DNA from: Octopus sinensis
Lineage: Eukaryota
NCBI RefSeq assembly: GCF_006345805.1
Contig: NC_043000.1
Location: 157,232,001 to 157,296,000 of the forward strand
Length of the DNA stretch: 64,000 nt
Reading direction: 5' to 3'
The position numbers were made by a program, and so were the translations under genes. Below, piece by piece: positions 26,590 through 41,010 of the stretch. Each line of letters starts with the position of its first letter. Position 1 is the first letter of the stretch. The notes under the pieces are model-generated. The model saw only the letters and a list, made by a program, of their open reading frames with translations, ran no database searches and was not told the origin of the DNA.

Positions 26590-28158
26590 ATCGTCTCTTT
26601 GTAACCAAATCCAGTGGCTAGCCTTCTCCACTGTAGATTGGATATCGGTCATGGTGGTATTGACTTTACGATGAGTTAAGCCTGTCGATAACAACAGTCG
26701 TCTCACGCTGTGTCCAACAAACCCTCTACATCTTTTAATAGGTCTGCTCGATCAGTGATGACCTGTGGATAAACAACAGCACGAATAATTTGTTTGGAAC
26801 AGTTTGCAACTCTACGTCTAAACTGTTGTCATCAAACTAATAGAGACTAAATAAGTGAACTTAAGGACTACGTTTAAAGTTTGACTCGAATATAGGATAA
26901 TTGGCAGTTCATGTTCTGGCACTCTGGGTGCTGGATGGTACAAGGTTTCGGTCTCTTTTAAGATGATTGATAACAGACTGAAGCCTATCGTCGAACATAC
27001 AAAGCGATACGCAATTTTCTGAATGTCTTCCAGGAAATGAGCCACTAGAGGTAAGTCATTAGCGAAGAGAAGTCCACAAACACATATAACGGCACTTCCT
27101 GGTGAATCTTATCATAGATGGTTTGAATAGTCCATCATTCATTCTTGTGCGGTCATGTACTCCACACGATATCTCACTCATCATGTTTTCAAGAACGGCA
27201 CACCAAAATAACTCAATTAGCATTAGAGCGAGAACACGACTCTATTTTATTCCATGATCAACCTGAAACGAGGCCTGGCTGTTACTCTCAAAGAGGGATC
27301 GCAGTAGGTATACAATCATAGAAAGGCGGCGAGCTGGCAGAAATGTTAGCACGCCGGGCGAAATGCTTAAAGGTATTTCGTCTGCCGTTACATTCTGAGT
27401 TCAAATTCCGCCGAGGTCGACTTCGCCTTTCATCCTTTCGGGGTCGATTAAATAAGTACCAGTTACGCACTGGGGTCGATATAATCGACTTAATTCGTTT
27501 GTCTGTCCTTGTTTGTCCTCTCTATGTTTAGCCCCTTGTGGGTAGTAAAGAAATAGGTATACAATCATAGAACTATCTCACTATCTCTTCAAATTTATTT
27601 TGAACAGTTCTTATAAGAAGTCTCTTTTCACATTGTCGAAGATCTTCGTAAAGTCGATGAACATAACAAAATGTGCACTTGCTACTTTGTAGCCTTTTCT
27701 TCAATTTGTCGCAAGATAAAAAAAATCCTATTGTTGGAGCTCATAAGCACACGGACTCAATCTTTTCTAGGAACAGCAATGTGATCCGTTATTTTCATTT
27801 AGCGTATTAGCATTTTACTGGAGACCGTATATTTTTCTTAGATTGTCATAGAATGTCTTCGCAACTGTTAGGTCTAGAAAGGGTCTGTGTCTCGCCTAAT
27901 TCTCTTTGGGTCTAGAAAGAGTCTATATCTCGCCTGCCATCATCGGTGTTTCAGCGACGGCAACTTCTTTTGTATTAAGGTTTACGCACATCTGAGTTAG
28001 CTGGTAATTTGTCGTATTCTCATCCATTTAGAGCAGCTTGTTACTTTTGTTTTTTTAGATGACTGCTGCATTTCTATCTTTACATCATTTTTATCAAACC
28101 AATTTGCATGCTGGGTTTTGAGAATCCGATTGAGACAGTAGCTCTTTTGTAGATTGTC
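26590..28158 (-). mobile_element. Old RTE (BovB-like) LINE remnant, interrupted by a SINE and a younger RTE
   Basis: HANWFDKND, FILRQIEEKA, MFIDFTKIFDNVKR, GLLFAND (decayed LLFADD, ~27055-27072), VAHFLEDIQ, KETETLYHPAP, KFTYLVS. Confidence 0.75.
27322..27548 (+). mobile_element. SINE family B, well preserved
   Basis: GGCGGCGAGCTGGCAGAAATGTTAGC head with a B-box-like GAGTTCAAATTCC. Confidence 0.85.
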
Positions 28159-28680
28159 ATATGCAGCTATGGCCTGGTCAGCCTGTAATGACATGCATAA
28201 GATCTGGTCATCAAATCTAAGTAGAGACTTCAAACTTGAAATCTTCAAAGCCACAGTCGAACCAATTCTACAATATGGCTCAGAAACCTGGACGTTACCA
28301 GAGAAGCTTGAGAGGCGGTTGGATGGAACCTACACTTGCCTCCTTATGAGAGCTCAAAATCTCTCGTGGAAGCGCCATCCAACCAAAATGCAAATATATG
28401 GGAAACTACCACCTGTGTCATCTCTTGTGAAAGGTAGGAGAGTCCAGTTTGCTGGACATTGTTGTAGAGCTGAAAAAGAGGTAATTTCTATTCTTCTCCT
28501 CTGGAAGCCATCTACTCGCAATATCAGAGGGCGCACACTCTCCTACCCTGATGTAATCTCCAGGGATACAGACATCCAGCAACAGGAACTCCGTAATGCC
28601 ATGATGAACCGTGAAGTCTGGCGTAGCATGGTAAATTCCATTGTCTCGACCACGGTCGAACAATGATGATGAATGATGTA
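28159..28680 (+). mobile_element. 5'-truncated RTE-clade LINE, ORF C-terminus still open
   Basis: ORF 28154-28666: MAWSACNDMHKIW, IFKATVEPILQYGSETW, RRVQFAGHC, MMNREVWR. (TGA)n tail; 13-bp direct repeat ATATGCAGCTATG at 28159 and 28694. Confidence 0.9.
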
Positions 28681-28849
28681 GTGTAGCACCATTATATGCA
28701 GCTATGATTTCAGAGTAGCGCAAATGTAACAAAATATAATAAAATAATGATAGGTAGCTGCTAAGAGTTACTGCATATAATATTTTGGCGAAGTGATGTA
28801 TTCAGCTTCTGATGATTTGGCATCTACCTGTAAATATATTTTATTATAC

Positions 28850-29250
28850 ACTAGCAGTATCGCCCGGCGTTGCTCGGGATTGTAAGGGAAATAACTATAT
28901 AAGCATTTTTAGAGATGTAAAGTATAATAACCATCTCAATATGGCTAACCACAAGGGGGGGGGTGTTACTGTAGCTTTTTACGTTCTGAGATTTAATAAT
29001 AAATTTTTAGAGAGTTACTTCCCTTATATATGCCAAAAATGCATTAAAAATGGGAAAAATTGATGGTAATTTTTTTTTAACATCGTAGACTCATCGTAGA
29101 CGCGCGCTAATATCCAGAAGGGCTCGATATGAATCACGACTATAAGATACCCGGTTTTGGTTAAACTGCACCGCAAAATGTGGGAGTAGTTAAGGAATCT
29201 AAATCGTAGGCGACAGACACTCACACAACTCCACTTTTATATATAAAGAT
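28850..29250 (+). mobile_element. Helitron-like non-autonomous element (second copy)
   Basis: Near-identical to 25083-25472. Confidence 0.55.
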
Positions 29251-29658
29251 TATTATATTTTATTCCAGAAGACTTGCATTTCTCCAATATCGAACCTACA
29301 TCGCTGTAACGTCATACTTCATTTACAACGGTCCAAAATACTTGCAGCTGAATTACAGAATTACACAGAATTTCACCAACGCTGCACATAGTGTAGTATT
29401 TTTCCTTTGCATGTCTAGATGCATGTGTGCATCTCCTGAGCGGTAGTAATCAGTTATGAGCACGCTCGTGTATGTAAGTGTGCACATATGTCTGTCTATC
29501 TGTAGTTATATGTGTGTATGTGTGCGTATGTTTGCGTACATGCGTGCGTGTGAGGTCGTGTGCCTCTTTCTTTACAGCACTCAATTATTGAATGGTAGGG
29601 CGTAAAACTTTCCGTTACCCGTTATTACAACCCAGTCAAAAGCAACCAGAAAGAGAGG

Positions 29659-29708
<50 letters not shown>

Positions 29709-30179
29709 AATAAAAGCAAAAATAGAAACGAAGCAGAGTATTAGTTTCTACATAAGCTTGTCGATATATTGATATTATTGTATTTTGAAATGGGATAATA
29801 AATTTAACAACTCGTTTTATACGAGTTCTGCTTTTGCCATTTATGTTTATCTTTGTTTATCCTTCCTTACAGTTACTTCAGTTTCTTTCTCTCCGTATCT
29901 ATCTACCTATATATGTGTGTGTGCTTGTGCTTGTGTGTGTGTATATGTGTGTCCGTGTTCGCACGAGTAAGAATTGTCTGTTAGTTTTAGCAATTGGACT
30001 GCGACCATACTGGACAACACTTCAAAAAGTTATGTTAAATTTTATCGATAATAGGGACCCTACTATTTTGTCCAGTGCCTATTTTATCGAGCTGTGAGGA
30101 GGAGAGGCAAGAATGAAAATGGATCAGTCTTTAATCAGAATGTAAAAACAAATGGACCCTCCAGTACATACACACAGAT

Positions 30180-30600
30180 ACATGAGTGGCTGTGTGGTAA
30201 GAAGCTTGCTTCCCAACCATATTGTCCCGGGTTCAGTCCCACTGTGTGGCACCTTGGGCAAGTGGCTTCTACTATAGCCACGGGTCGACTAGAGCGTTGT
30301 GAGTAAATTTGGTAGACAGAAACTGAAAGAATACCTATTTCTTTATTACCCACAAGGGGCTAAACTGAAAGAATACCGTCGTACACACACACACACACAT
30401 ATATATATATATGCATTTGTGTGAGTTTGTTCCTCCACCGTCGCTTGACAACCGACGTAGGTGTGTTTACGTCACCGTAACATAGCGGATCGGCAAAAAG
30501 GGACGAAAGAATAAGCACTAGAATATGTTCTGGGCTCGATTTGTTCGATTAATGGCAGTGTAGCAGCATGGCCGCAGTCAAAAGTCTGAAGCAAGTAAAA
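30180..30600 (+). mobile_element. SINE family A, diverged
   Basis: GAGTGGCTGTGTGGTAAG head; GCATGGCCGCAGTC...GTAAAA tail. Confidence 0.75.
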
Positions 30601-30826
30601 TAATAAAAGAATATATACATTTGAAAGTTTTTGTGAAAAGTTACTTGATACCGTTTTTAAGAATAAAGTATACGGTTTTAAAAAAGTTATTAAAAGAAAC
30701 AACTTATAAAATCTTTTTCCAGTTACTAATTTTTTTGGAAACAGTTTTTCCCTAGTGTGTGAGCGCTTTCGATTAACACTTTCAAACACGTGCTCTTAGT
30801 TAATGTGTGTGTGTGTGTATCTATCA

Positions 30827-30925
<99 letters not shown>

Positions 30926-30971
30926 CATCTATCTATCTATCCATCTATTTAACTGCCTGTCAGTTCGTCTG

Positions 30972-31019
<48 letters not shown>

Positions 31020-31571
31020 GGAGTAAACACATAAATGTGAAACCAGGTGGAAAAAAGAGTACTCAAATATCAGTGGTAGAGTAATATGCTATATTTAAAG
31101 CATATATATAATATATATATATAATAAAACTACAAATGCATGAAAAGATATGGAAAGTACAAGTACATTATAGTACTTGTGAGAGCGTATTTGGCTTTAG
31201 TTGTTTGTGTAGCCATGAGCCTATATGTAAGATCCATCCATGACCTAGAGGAACTTTCAGCATTCAACACTTGGAGGAAAAGCGGGCTGCACTCCTCCCT
31301 CGGCTGGGATTTATTACAGCTGAGCAAACTAGAGCAACGTGTAATGAAGTGACTCGTTCAACGACACAATGCACTGTCCAGCCCAGCAATTGAAGTTTCG
31401 TCTTTATGATCACGGACCGAACAGCCCAGCTACTATATCCTATTTTCATAGAATCAAAGGAAAAGGAAGGAAGACAAGTCTAGAAATTATCAGAGTGGCT
31501 TAATGGTAATCACTTAAACAGCGTCAGAAGAAACGGCAACATTAGTAGTAGTAGTAGTAGTAGTAGTAATT

Positions 31572-31607
<36 letters not shown>

Positions 31608-31953
31608 ATAGTAGTAGTAGAAGCTGTAGTAGTTGCATAGCTTCCCTATAATTTATTTGGGAAAAGGGAGTCAGTTTGGCACATCTACTTAACACTTTTT
31701 GCCATATTCCGATGCATGCTTTTAGCAGAATACCACTTCCAACACATTTCTTGTTATTTTGTCTGTATACCCAACAATAACTGTCTGTCTGTCTGTCTAC
31801 TTATACACCCAGATTCACAAACATATACAGATATACAATCACATATTTGCATAGAAATGTGTAATATTTGTATGATTTGGTAATACTATAAACAATATAT
31901 ATATGTATATATATATATATATATAATATGTATATATATATAATATATATATT

Positions 31954-31987
<34 letters not shown>

Positions 31988-32000
31988 ATATACACACATT

Positions 32001-32102
<102 letters not shown>

Positions 32103-32558
32103 TGTGTCTAGTTATACATGCATATATATACGCCTATATATATGTATATATATATATACTTATATGCGCTTATATATATATATGCTTATATACATATATA
32201 AATACATATACACATATACAGATATAAGTAGTGCACACACATATATGTTTGCAAACGCGTATGCACATACACTTATATGCATACATATATCTACGTGCAT
32301 ATACATATATATATGTGTGGGTGTCTGTGTGTCTGTCCGTGTGTCTGTCCGTGTGTTTGTGCGTGTATGCAAATATACGTTCATTCAGTCATCCATTAAT
32401 CACATTACAAGAATAAAATTTTGTAATATTTTGTCAGAAATTAATCTTTAGAAGTTTTGGCATTGACATTTGCTTGATCTTTCGCCATATTCTGACAATT
32501 AAGAATTTTAAAGACGAATTAGAAACAGTAAAGAAATATACATATATACATTCATGTG

Positions 32559-32617
<59 letters not shown>

Positions 32618-32634
32618 ATATATACATTCATATG

Positions 32635-32682
<48 letters not shown>

Positions 32683-32781
32683 ATAATATGTATATATATA
32701 TATAATATATATATATTATATACATTCATGTGTAATGTATATATTATATATATATATATATATATTATATACATTCATGTG

Positions 32782-32820
<39 letters not shown>

Positions 32821-32906
32821 TCATATGTATATGTATATATATATATATACATTCATGTGTATATGTATATATATAATATATATGTATATATATATCATAT
32901 ATATAT

Positions 32907-32938
<32 letters not shown>

Positions 32939-32960
32939 GTATATATATGTATATATATAT

Positions 32961-33015
<55 letters not shown>

Positions 33016-33654
33016 TACATCATACACATATATATGCAGATGCATATATAGATGTGTGTGTGTGTGTGTGTGTAAAAGCATGCAAAATAAGAAAGAAAGA
33101 AGTAAAGAAGAGCTGTGAATTAATACAGTTATCTCAAGAACCATAAAAAAACCTTGTTGCCGATTTAAGTGGAGAAGTTTCGTTTCTTCTTTAGTCCTTC
33201 ACTCCACTCTACCACCGCGATGATATATAAAAAGTTTTAGCAAGTAAAAAGGAAAAAACAACAACAACAACAAAAAACAAAAAAAAAACAAACAAAAAAA
33301 GCAGCCAGAAAATAAATGATAAAAATACAAAAAGAAGTAAAAACTATAGAAAAACAAATAAAGGTATATTATTAAATTAATAAAAGTCATGTAACGTCAA
33401 GTTTTCTTTAGATTTTTTATTATACCGTATTATCGTTGAAAGTCAGGAATTTAGAAATGGCCGACCGGCCTCTTGTCCTATCAACAGTGAAAACAGAAGT
33501 AAATTTAATGAAACACACACACACACACGCACACCTATGTATGTTTCTCCGTCCATCCTTCTCTCTTTGTGAGTATAAACATGTAAACGTGGGGAATAAT
33601 ATGAATACATGTGTGCTGGCATATATGTATACGCTCATGAAAGAAAGCAAAAAA

Positions 33655-33708
33655 AAGATAATAATAATAATGAATATAATATATAATAATAATAAAATAA
33701 TAATAATA

Positions 33709-33788
<80 letters not shown>

Positions 33789-33860
33789 TTAATAATAATA
33801 ATAATAATAATATTAATAATAATAATAAATAATAATAATATTAATAATAATAATAAATAA

Positions 33861-33945
<85 letters not shown>

Positions 33946-34029
33946 TATTAATAATAATAATAATAATAATATTAATAATAATAATAATAATAAATAATAA
34001 TAATAATTAATAATAATAATAATAATAAT

Positions 34030-34096
<67 letters not shown>

Positions 34097-34145
34097 TAAT
34101 AATAATAATATTAATAATAATAATAAATAAAATAATAATAAATAA
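33655..34145. repeat. ~490-bp (AAT)n array
   Basis: Directly visible. Confidence 0.97.
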
Positions 34146-34348
34146 AGCAAAAGCATAAGCATTATTTGCTGCTTAATTTGACCATTAAAGGCTGGATTAA
34201 GTGAAAATATATCTACACAAATACATACACACATTCAATCACACACACATGCACAAACATACATACCCATACACGCATATCTATGCTTTTATATAGCTAT
34301 ACATATGTATGTATATATGTATATATACATACACATAATTTTATATGC

Positions 34349-34400
<52 letters not shown>

Positions 34401-34842
34401 GTGTGTGTGCGCGCGTGTGTGTGTGTGTGTACTTGTGCGCATGCGCACACGCGTTTATGAAGTCGACTCGCTCGGTAATGAGTATGGCCTTTACTTGTTA
34501 AAATGCAGAGAAAATGACTCGTCCACCTAGCTTGATCATTGCACAATTTTTGCTTCAGCTATTACATAAATGTCTCCTCTCAGTTAAATCCACTGCTGGA
34601 TCAGCACGGCGTTTGGCATTAAGTAGTCACAGGTTAAACAGACATTTGTTCTTTTAGATGGCAACGTTTTGTTATTAGATCACTTTGGTCCCTAAAATTG
34701 TAAATAGCTAATAGGATCAGTTTTAGGAAGCAAAAGAAACTTAATCGCTACCCCACGCGTGCCTGTGTATACACACGCACACGCGTAAATTGATATTGAG
34801 TCTTCCATAAATAAGCATATATTGAGTCTCCCATAACATATA

Positions 34843-35301
34843 TAGAGTCTCCCATAAATAATGCTTCTTTTAAATTTAAAATATGCTCTCCATTTTTTAC
34901 AATGCTCTTCTATCTATCTGGTAGACTTGCAAAACCCCTCTTCAAAAATTCACTTGCTCGGACGAAAAATACTCCTCCAGTAGTGTTCTGACCTCATCAA
35001 CAGAATTCATATTATTTTCCATTCAAAAGACTGCAGAATAAATAATAATCAGATGGCGAATATGGTGGGTGGGACAACGTTTACCATTCAAACTGCTCCA
35101 AGTCTTGGACTGTTATCCTCACTGTATGTGGCCGAGCATTATCCTTATGAAAGAACACCTTTCGTCTTGAAATCAAAGATGGTCATTTCCCAATGGCATT
35201 CAAGTCGCGATGAATGATTGAATGACCAAATCCAAGCTTTTCTGCTAGTTCCTCAAAACAAAATTTGAAAAAAACTACATTATTTATGGGATGACCTAAT
35301 A
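34843..35301 (-). mobile_element. Internally deleted mariner (DD34D-type) element
   Basis: Shared TIR core CCCATAAATAATG at both ends. Minus-strand HKDNARPHT...LSHPPYSP(S)DY and SLPDR*KSIV. Confidence 0.8.
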
Positions 35302-35519
35302 CATGGGTATGTATACATAATTTTAGTTCGTTATACCATGTAAGCAGTGTCTGATGATTGTGTTGGGACACCGGACATGTTAAAAACCAATGTTTTGCCT
35401 ATTCTGAGCACATGAAACTAATAGTAGCACTTAAAAACATATATTGTGTTTATTAAATATTTATCTCTCACCTGATGGAGTATTTTTTTGTTGAGTTTAC
35501 CAACAGGGAATAGTACACT

Positions 35520-36928
35520 TTGAAGGTGAAGGGGAGGAAGGGGAGGGGGAATATTAAACATTCCAGAGAGGGGGATTTGAAGGTGAAGGGGAGGAAGGGG
35601 AGGAAGGAATATTAAACATTCCAGAGAGGGGGATTTGAAGGTGTAGGGGAGGAAGGGGAGGAAGGAATATTAAACATTCCAGAGAGGGGGATTTGAAGGT
35701 GTAGGGGAGGAAGGGAAGGAAGGAGTATTAAACATTCCAGAGAGGGGGATTTGAAGGTGAAGGGGAGGAAGGGGAGGAAGGAATATTAAACATTCCAGAG
35801 AGGGTGATATGAAGGTGAAGGGGAGGAAGAGAAGGAAGGAATATTAAACATTCCAGAGAGGGGGATTTGAAGGTGAAGGGGAGGAAGGAAGGAAGGAATA
35901 TTAAACATTCAGAGAGGGGGATTTGAAGGTGAAGGGGAGGAAGGGAAGGAAGGAATAATAAACATTCAGAGAGGGGGATTTGAAGGTGAAGGGGAGGAAG
36001 GGAGGAGGAATATTAAACATTCCAGAGAGGGTGATATGAAGGTGAAGGGGAGGAAGAGAGGAAGGAATATTAAACATTCCAGAGAGGGGGATTTGAAGGT
36101 GAAGGGGAGGAAGGGAAGGAAGGAATATTAAACATTCCAGAGAGGGGGATTTGAAGGTGAAGGGGAGGAAGGGAAGGAAGGAATAATAAACATTCCAGAG
36201 AGGGGGATTTGAAGGTGAAGGGGAGGAAGGGAAGGAGGAAAAATGAAACATTCCAGAGAGGGGGATTTGAAGATGAAAAGGAGGAAGGGAAGGAAGGAAT
36301 ATTAAACATTCCAGAGAGGGGGATTTGAAGGTGAAGGGGAGGAAGGGGAGGAAGGAATATTAAATATTCCAGAGAGGGGGATTTGAAGGTGAAGGGGAGG
36401 AAGGGAAGGAAGGAATATTAAACATTTCAGAGAGGGGGATTTGAAGGTGAAGTGAGGAAGGGGAGGAAGGAATATCAAACATTCCAGAGAGGAGGATTTG
36501 AAGGTGAAGGGGAGGAAGGGAAGGAGGGAATATTAAACATTCCAGAGAGGGGGATTTGAAGGTGAAGGGGAGGAAGGGGAGGAAGGAATATTAAACATTC
36601 GATAGAGGGGGCTTTGAAGGTGAAGGGTGGGAAGGGGAGGAAGGAATATTAAACATTCCAGAGAGGGGGATTTGAAGGTGAAGGGGAGGAAGGGGAGGAA
36701 GGAATATTAAACATTCCAGAGAGGGGGATTTTAAGGTGAAGGGGAGGAAGGGAAGGAAGGAATATTAAACATTCCAGAGAGGGGGATTTTAATGTGGAGG
36801 GGAGGAAGGGGATTTGAAGGTGAAGGGGAGGAAGGGAAGGAAGGAATATTAAACATTCCAGAGAGGGAGATTTGAAGGTGAAGGGGAGGAAGGGAAGGAA
36901 GGAATATTAAACATTCCAGAGAGGGGGA
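35520..36928. repeat. 58-bp minisatellite, ~24 copies, purine-rich on +
   Basis: Unit TTGAAGGTGAAGGGGAGGAAGGGGAGGAAGGAATATTAAACATTCCAGAGAGGGGGAT. One truncated unit near 36790-36815. Confidence 0.97.
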
Positions 36929-37696
36929 TATATGCGTGTGTATAAGTATTTATACATACACACACATACATTGTAATATAGTGAAACTGTATTCATCCCA
37001 CCCCGGTAAAAAGTGATTGGAGTAGCCATTATACATAGACTAGTAGCCGGTCGTCAAGAGACGGTCCAGAGTCGAAGAGTTGAGAGTCGATAGTTGTGGA
37101 GCTATCAGCGATAGTAGTACTATTTCGGTACGAGGAGATAAAATGGTATCCGATGACTAGTGACTTGTAGCGTAAAACAGATACTACAGTACAACGGCAG
37201 TCACACATCACACTAGTGCGAGGAACCCACTTTACAACATATATATGTTTAGATACTTAAGTATGTATGCGCACACAAATTATATATGAGAGAAAATACC
37301 TCAAGAGAGCGTTTATATTTCAAACGCAATACACGCCTAGTATATATATATATGTACTTCCCACCAACCACAGACACACAAATATATATATATATGATTT
37401 ATGCATGAATATACAATTTGGTAACCTGGAACCGGAAGAGGTTCTTGCCTGAAACCTTCGAAAAATAAAAACGTCAGTTATTTCGTTTGTGGAGCAGTGA
37501 ACTTCGAAGCACAGGGATAAGGCTATAAATAATAGATTGTAAATATTGAGTTGGAAAACCCTTGTGAATAGGAAAAGATAAAGGCAGGTTTTGACTTTTT
37601 CAACCCAGTATTTACATATTTACATGATGTATATGGGTGTGTGCGTGTGTATATATAAACGGGCCTCCACCAACTATTCTGCTTATATGTCTGTGC

Positions 37697-37945
37697 ACAC
37701 CTTTGAATGCAGTGCATGGCAGAAGGTTTCCAAATACAATGGAGGCCTCAAAAGACATTTTAAGATCCAGAAAAAGCAGAACTTATCTGCAGTTCTTGGT
37801 GGTCCAAATCGGAGGTGCAATCTATGTGGGTGCCCTTTCAGAACATTGTCCGGTGTAAAAAGCCACCTCAGATGCCATGATGGTACTAAGGTGTAGGTAG
37901 AGGAGGTGGTCAAAATGTGCATAAGGCGTACACAACCACCATATG
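37697..37945 (+). mobile_element. Probable 3' end of an RTE-type LINE with two C2H2-like fingers
   Basis: FECSAWQKVSKYNGGLKRHFKIQ (decayed) and CNLCGCPFRTLSGVKSHLRCH, stop at 37896. Stem GGTGGT/ACCACC follows, then simple repeat. No TGEKP linker. Confidence 0.5.
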
Positions 37946-37961
37946 TTTATGTATATATGTA

Positions 37962-38057
<96 letters not shown>

Positions 38058-38465
38058 CACGTGATTCACTTTAAGTGGATTCCTTATGTGTATAGATATA
38101 CACTATATCGTATGACTAATATATAGTCTTCTTGACTAATTGTTTTTTTGCACGTTAGACCACTGGAAATGTAAATTTTGATTGAATGTTTTAATTTTAA
38201 TTAAATTCCATTTCCCTTTGACATGATTAAATACTATTTTTTTTATATATATATATACGTAATATATATATATATATATATGTATATTTATGTATGTATA
38301 TATATGTTTATATATATTTGTATATATATATGTATATTTATATATATGTATATATATTTATATATATGTATATTTATATATATATATATACGTATATATA
38401 TATATATGTATATATATGTGTATAGATATATATATGTGTATATATATGAATATATATGTATATGT

Positions 38466-38700
38466 GGAGCGTTGTTGAGAGAGAGATCAATGGACATGCC
38501 CATACCATCAAAGATTCTTTGAAAGCTGCCATAGTCAGAGTAATGTCCAAAATGAAACAAAACCACTTGATTCGAGCATGTAGATGATTTGGATCCGATA
38601 TAGAAGCAGCCGTGGAAGCTGAAGGTGGCTTTATTGAATAAGATTATAGAAAAGAAGGTTTAATTTTATCCTCAAAGCATGTTTTGATAAGCAAAGTTAT
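38466..38700 (+). mobile_element. Tc1-like transposase C-terminal fragment
   Basis: [12 protein letters not shown]...[10 protein letters not shown]...[23 protein letters not shown] (stop 38641). Confidence 0.7.
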
Positions 38701-38732
38701 TATCTGTTATTATATAGCTGATTTTTTTTAGG

Positions 38733-38945
38733 AAGGCGGCAAGGTGGCAGAATCGCTAGCACGTTGGGCGAAGTGCTTAGCAGTATTTCGTTAGCTGCTA
38801 CGTTCTGAGTTCAAATTCCACCGAGGTCGACTTTGCCTTTCATCCTTTCGGGGTTGATGAATTAAGCACAAGTCGAGTACTGGGGTCGATGTAATCGACT
38901 ATCCCCTCCCCGAAAGCTGCTGCCCTTGTGGCAAAATTTGAAACA
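38733..38945 (+). mobile_element. SINE family B copy
   Basis: GGCGGCAAGGTGGCAGAATCGCTAGC head; GGGGTCGATGTAATCGAC core. Confidence 0.8.
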
Positions 38946-40018
38946 ATCACATAGCTGTTTTTTTATAAACATAAATCTTACGCACTCTCTTTCTCTTTCT
39001 CTTTCTCTATACACACACACATACATATATATTTATACACACACATATAGAATATGTGGGGTTTAGTTCACCGATGATCTAAACAAATAGGTCCGCTGTA
39101 AATGGTCAACCGTTATAATTGTGCTATAATTGGTCATCAGTTAGGTTCCAAGTTCATAGCTGAATTGAGATACTCGTCCTGCCTTGGTTTTTGTTGTCCT
39201 TTTCTTCTAATGTACATATATACATGCATGCATACATACTTTCGAAACATGACAGTTGGCTAATACTGTTACTATATAAACCTGAAGATTGCGGAAAGCG
39301 TGACAATACTTCTGTTATCATGATATGAAATATTGTAAAATGGTGAACAATACAAAAATAAAACTCGAAAATGAGACTATGTTGGAATTTCATTGACATT
39401 TATTTACCTGTACATAATCTTAGGAACACACACACACAAACACACACACAGACACACACATGTGTAAAATAGATCCACGCACATGTACACATATATACAT
39501 ACATATATATACTAATAGATAAATAGATACGTGTTCACACACATACAGACATACTTATAATTTGCGTCGCTAAAAAAAGCACAGAAAGATTTAATGATGA
39601 CACGCATACGCCACATTAAATCTAGTGTCCAAAAGAAACTCATATGAACTCTGTTTTTAAGCATCTCTCTTCTTCCTACCATAATCTCTTTAAATGACGT
39701 CATCATTAAATCAGCACCACCACCAGCTGCAGCAGTGCAACCCCGACACCCCACCCTCACAAATGGTAATGATAAACAACAAACAACTGAACGTGAATCA
39801 AAGCATCATCGCCACCACCACCACCACTACCGCCAGAAACACCTTCACCACCATTAACAACGCAACTACAAAAAGCTGAGGTCGTTAATGCATGGGGTTT
39901 TTCTGACAGCTTTTCTCTTACGTCATCACGAATAGAGATAAGACGCAAAATAATATATATATATATGTGTGTGTTTGTGCGTGCGTGTGTGTACTCATAT
40001 ATATATATTTGTGGGTGC

Positions 40019-40087
<69 letters not shown>

Positions 40088-40128
40088 GTATTTATATATG
40101 TATATATATATATGTTCATATATATATG

Positions 40129-40166
<38 letters not shown>

Positions 40167-40633
40167 TATAGATAAATGGTACATGTGTGTGTATGTGTGT
40201 GTCTGTATTTATATATATATATATATATATATATGTGGGAGTGTGTGTATATATATTTATATATATGTATGTGCATATATATATGTATGTATAAATATAT
40301 GTATGCACATATATATGTATGTATATATATGTATAAATATATATATATATACATATATATACATATACATATATGAGTATGGATAAATGGTACGTGTGTG
40401 TGCGTGTGTGTGTGTGTGTGTGCGTATGTATACGTCTGTAGAAATGTGAATGCAGATATTAAACCAGATCAGAGAATTTTCGAAGCTATCTGATCTCTTC
40501 TGACACGATGTGTACTAACAGAACGACTGACTTTGTCTGCTTTCAGAACAAATGGCCTCCTATCAGACCAAACACTTGCCTCTCAGCACCAACCCATATT
40601 CCCGGTACTTGCCTCTCTGACTGCCAGTCTGCA

Positions 40634-40672
<39 letters not shown>

Positions 40673-40718
40673 ATATACATATACATACATATATATATAT
40701 ACATATGCATATACGTAC

Positions 40719-40807
<89 letters not shown>

Positions 40808-40852
40808 ATGTATATGTACGTATATGTATATGTATGTATATATATATGTACG

Positions 40853-40899
<47 letters not shown>

Positions 40900-40933
40900 A
40901 TATATATATATATATATACATATCTGTACACAT

Positions 40934-41010
40934 ACTAGCTGACTTACCCGGTAATTACCGGGAAAGCGGGGTTCATCCCTTGGTTCGGTTTTCATCCCTT
41001 GTTTCGCTAA
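40934..41010 (+). mobile_element. Possible terminus of a second Helitron-like family
   Basis: ACTAGCTGAC followed by the hairpin CCCGGTA-AT-TACCGGG, the same layout as the 25083 family. Confidence 0.3.

Noticed and set aside
35520-36928. Regular array resembling CRISPR, and Pro/Phe/Ser-rich ORFs on the minus strand
   Set aside because: Head-to-tail units with no unique spacers, no cas genes and a eukaryotic context. The ORFs are repeat read-through.
37029-37211. CpG-rich unique stretch with a 60-aa minus-strand ORF
   Set aside because: No motif, and no consistent splice sites for the open frame.
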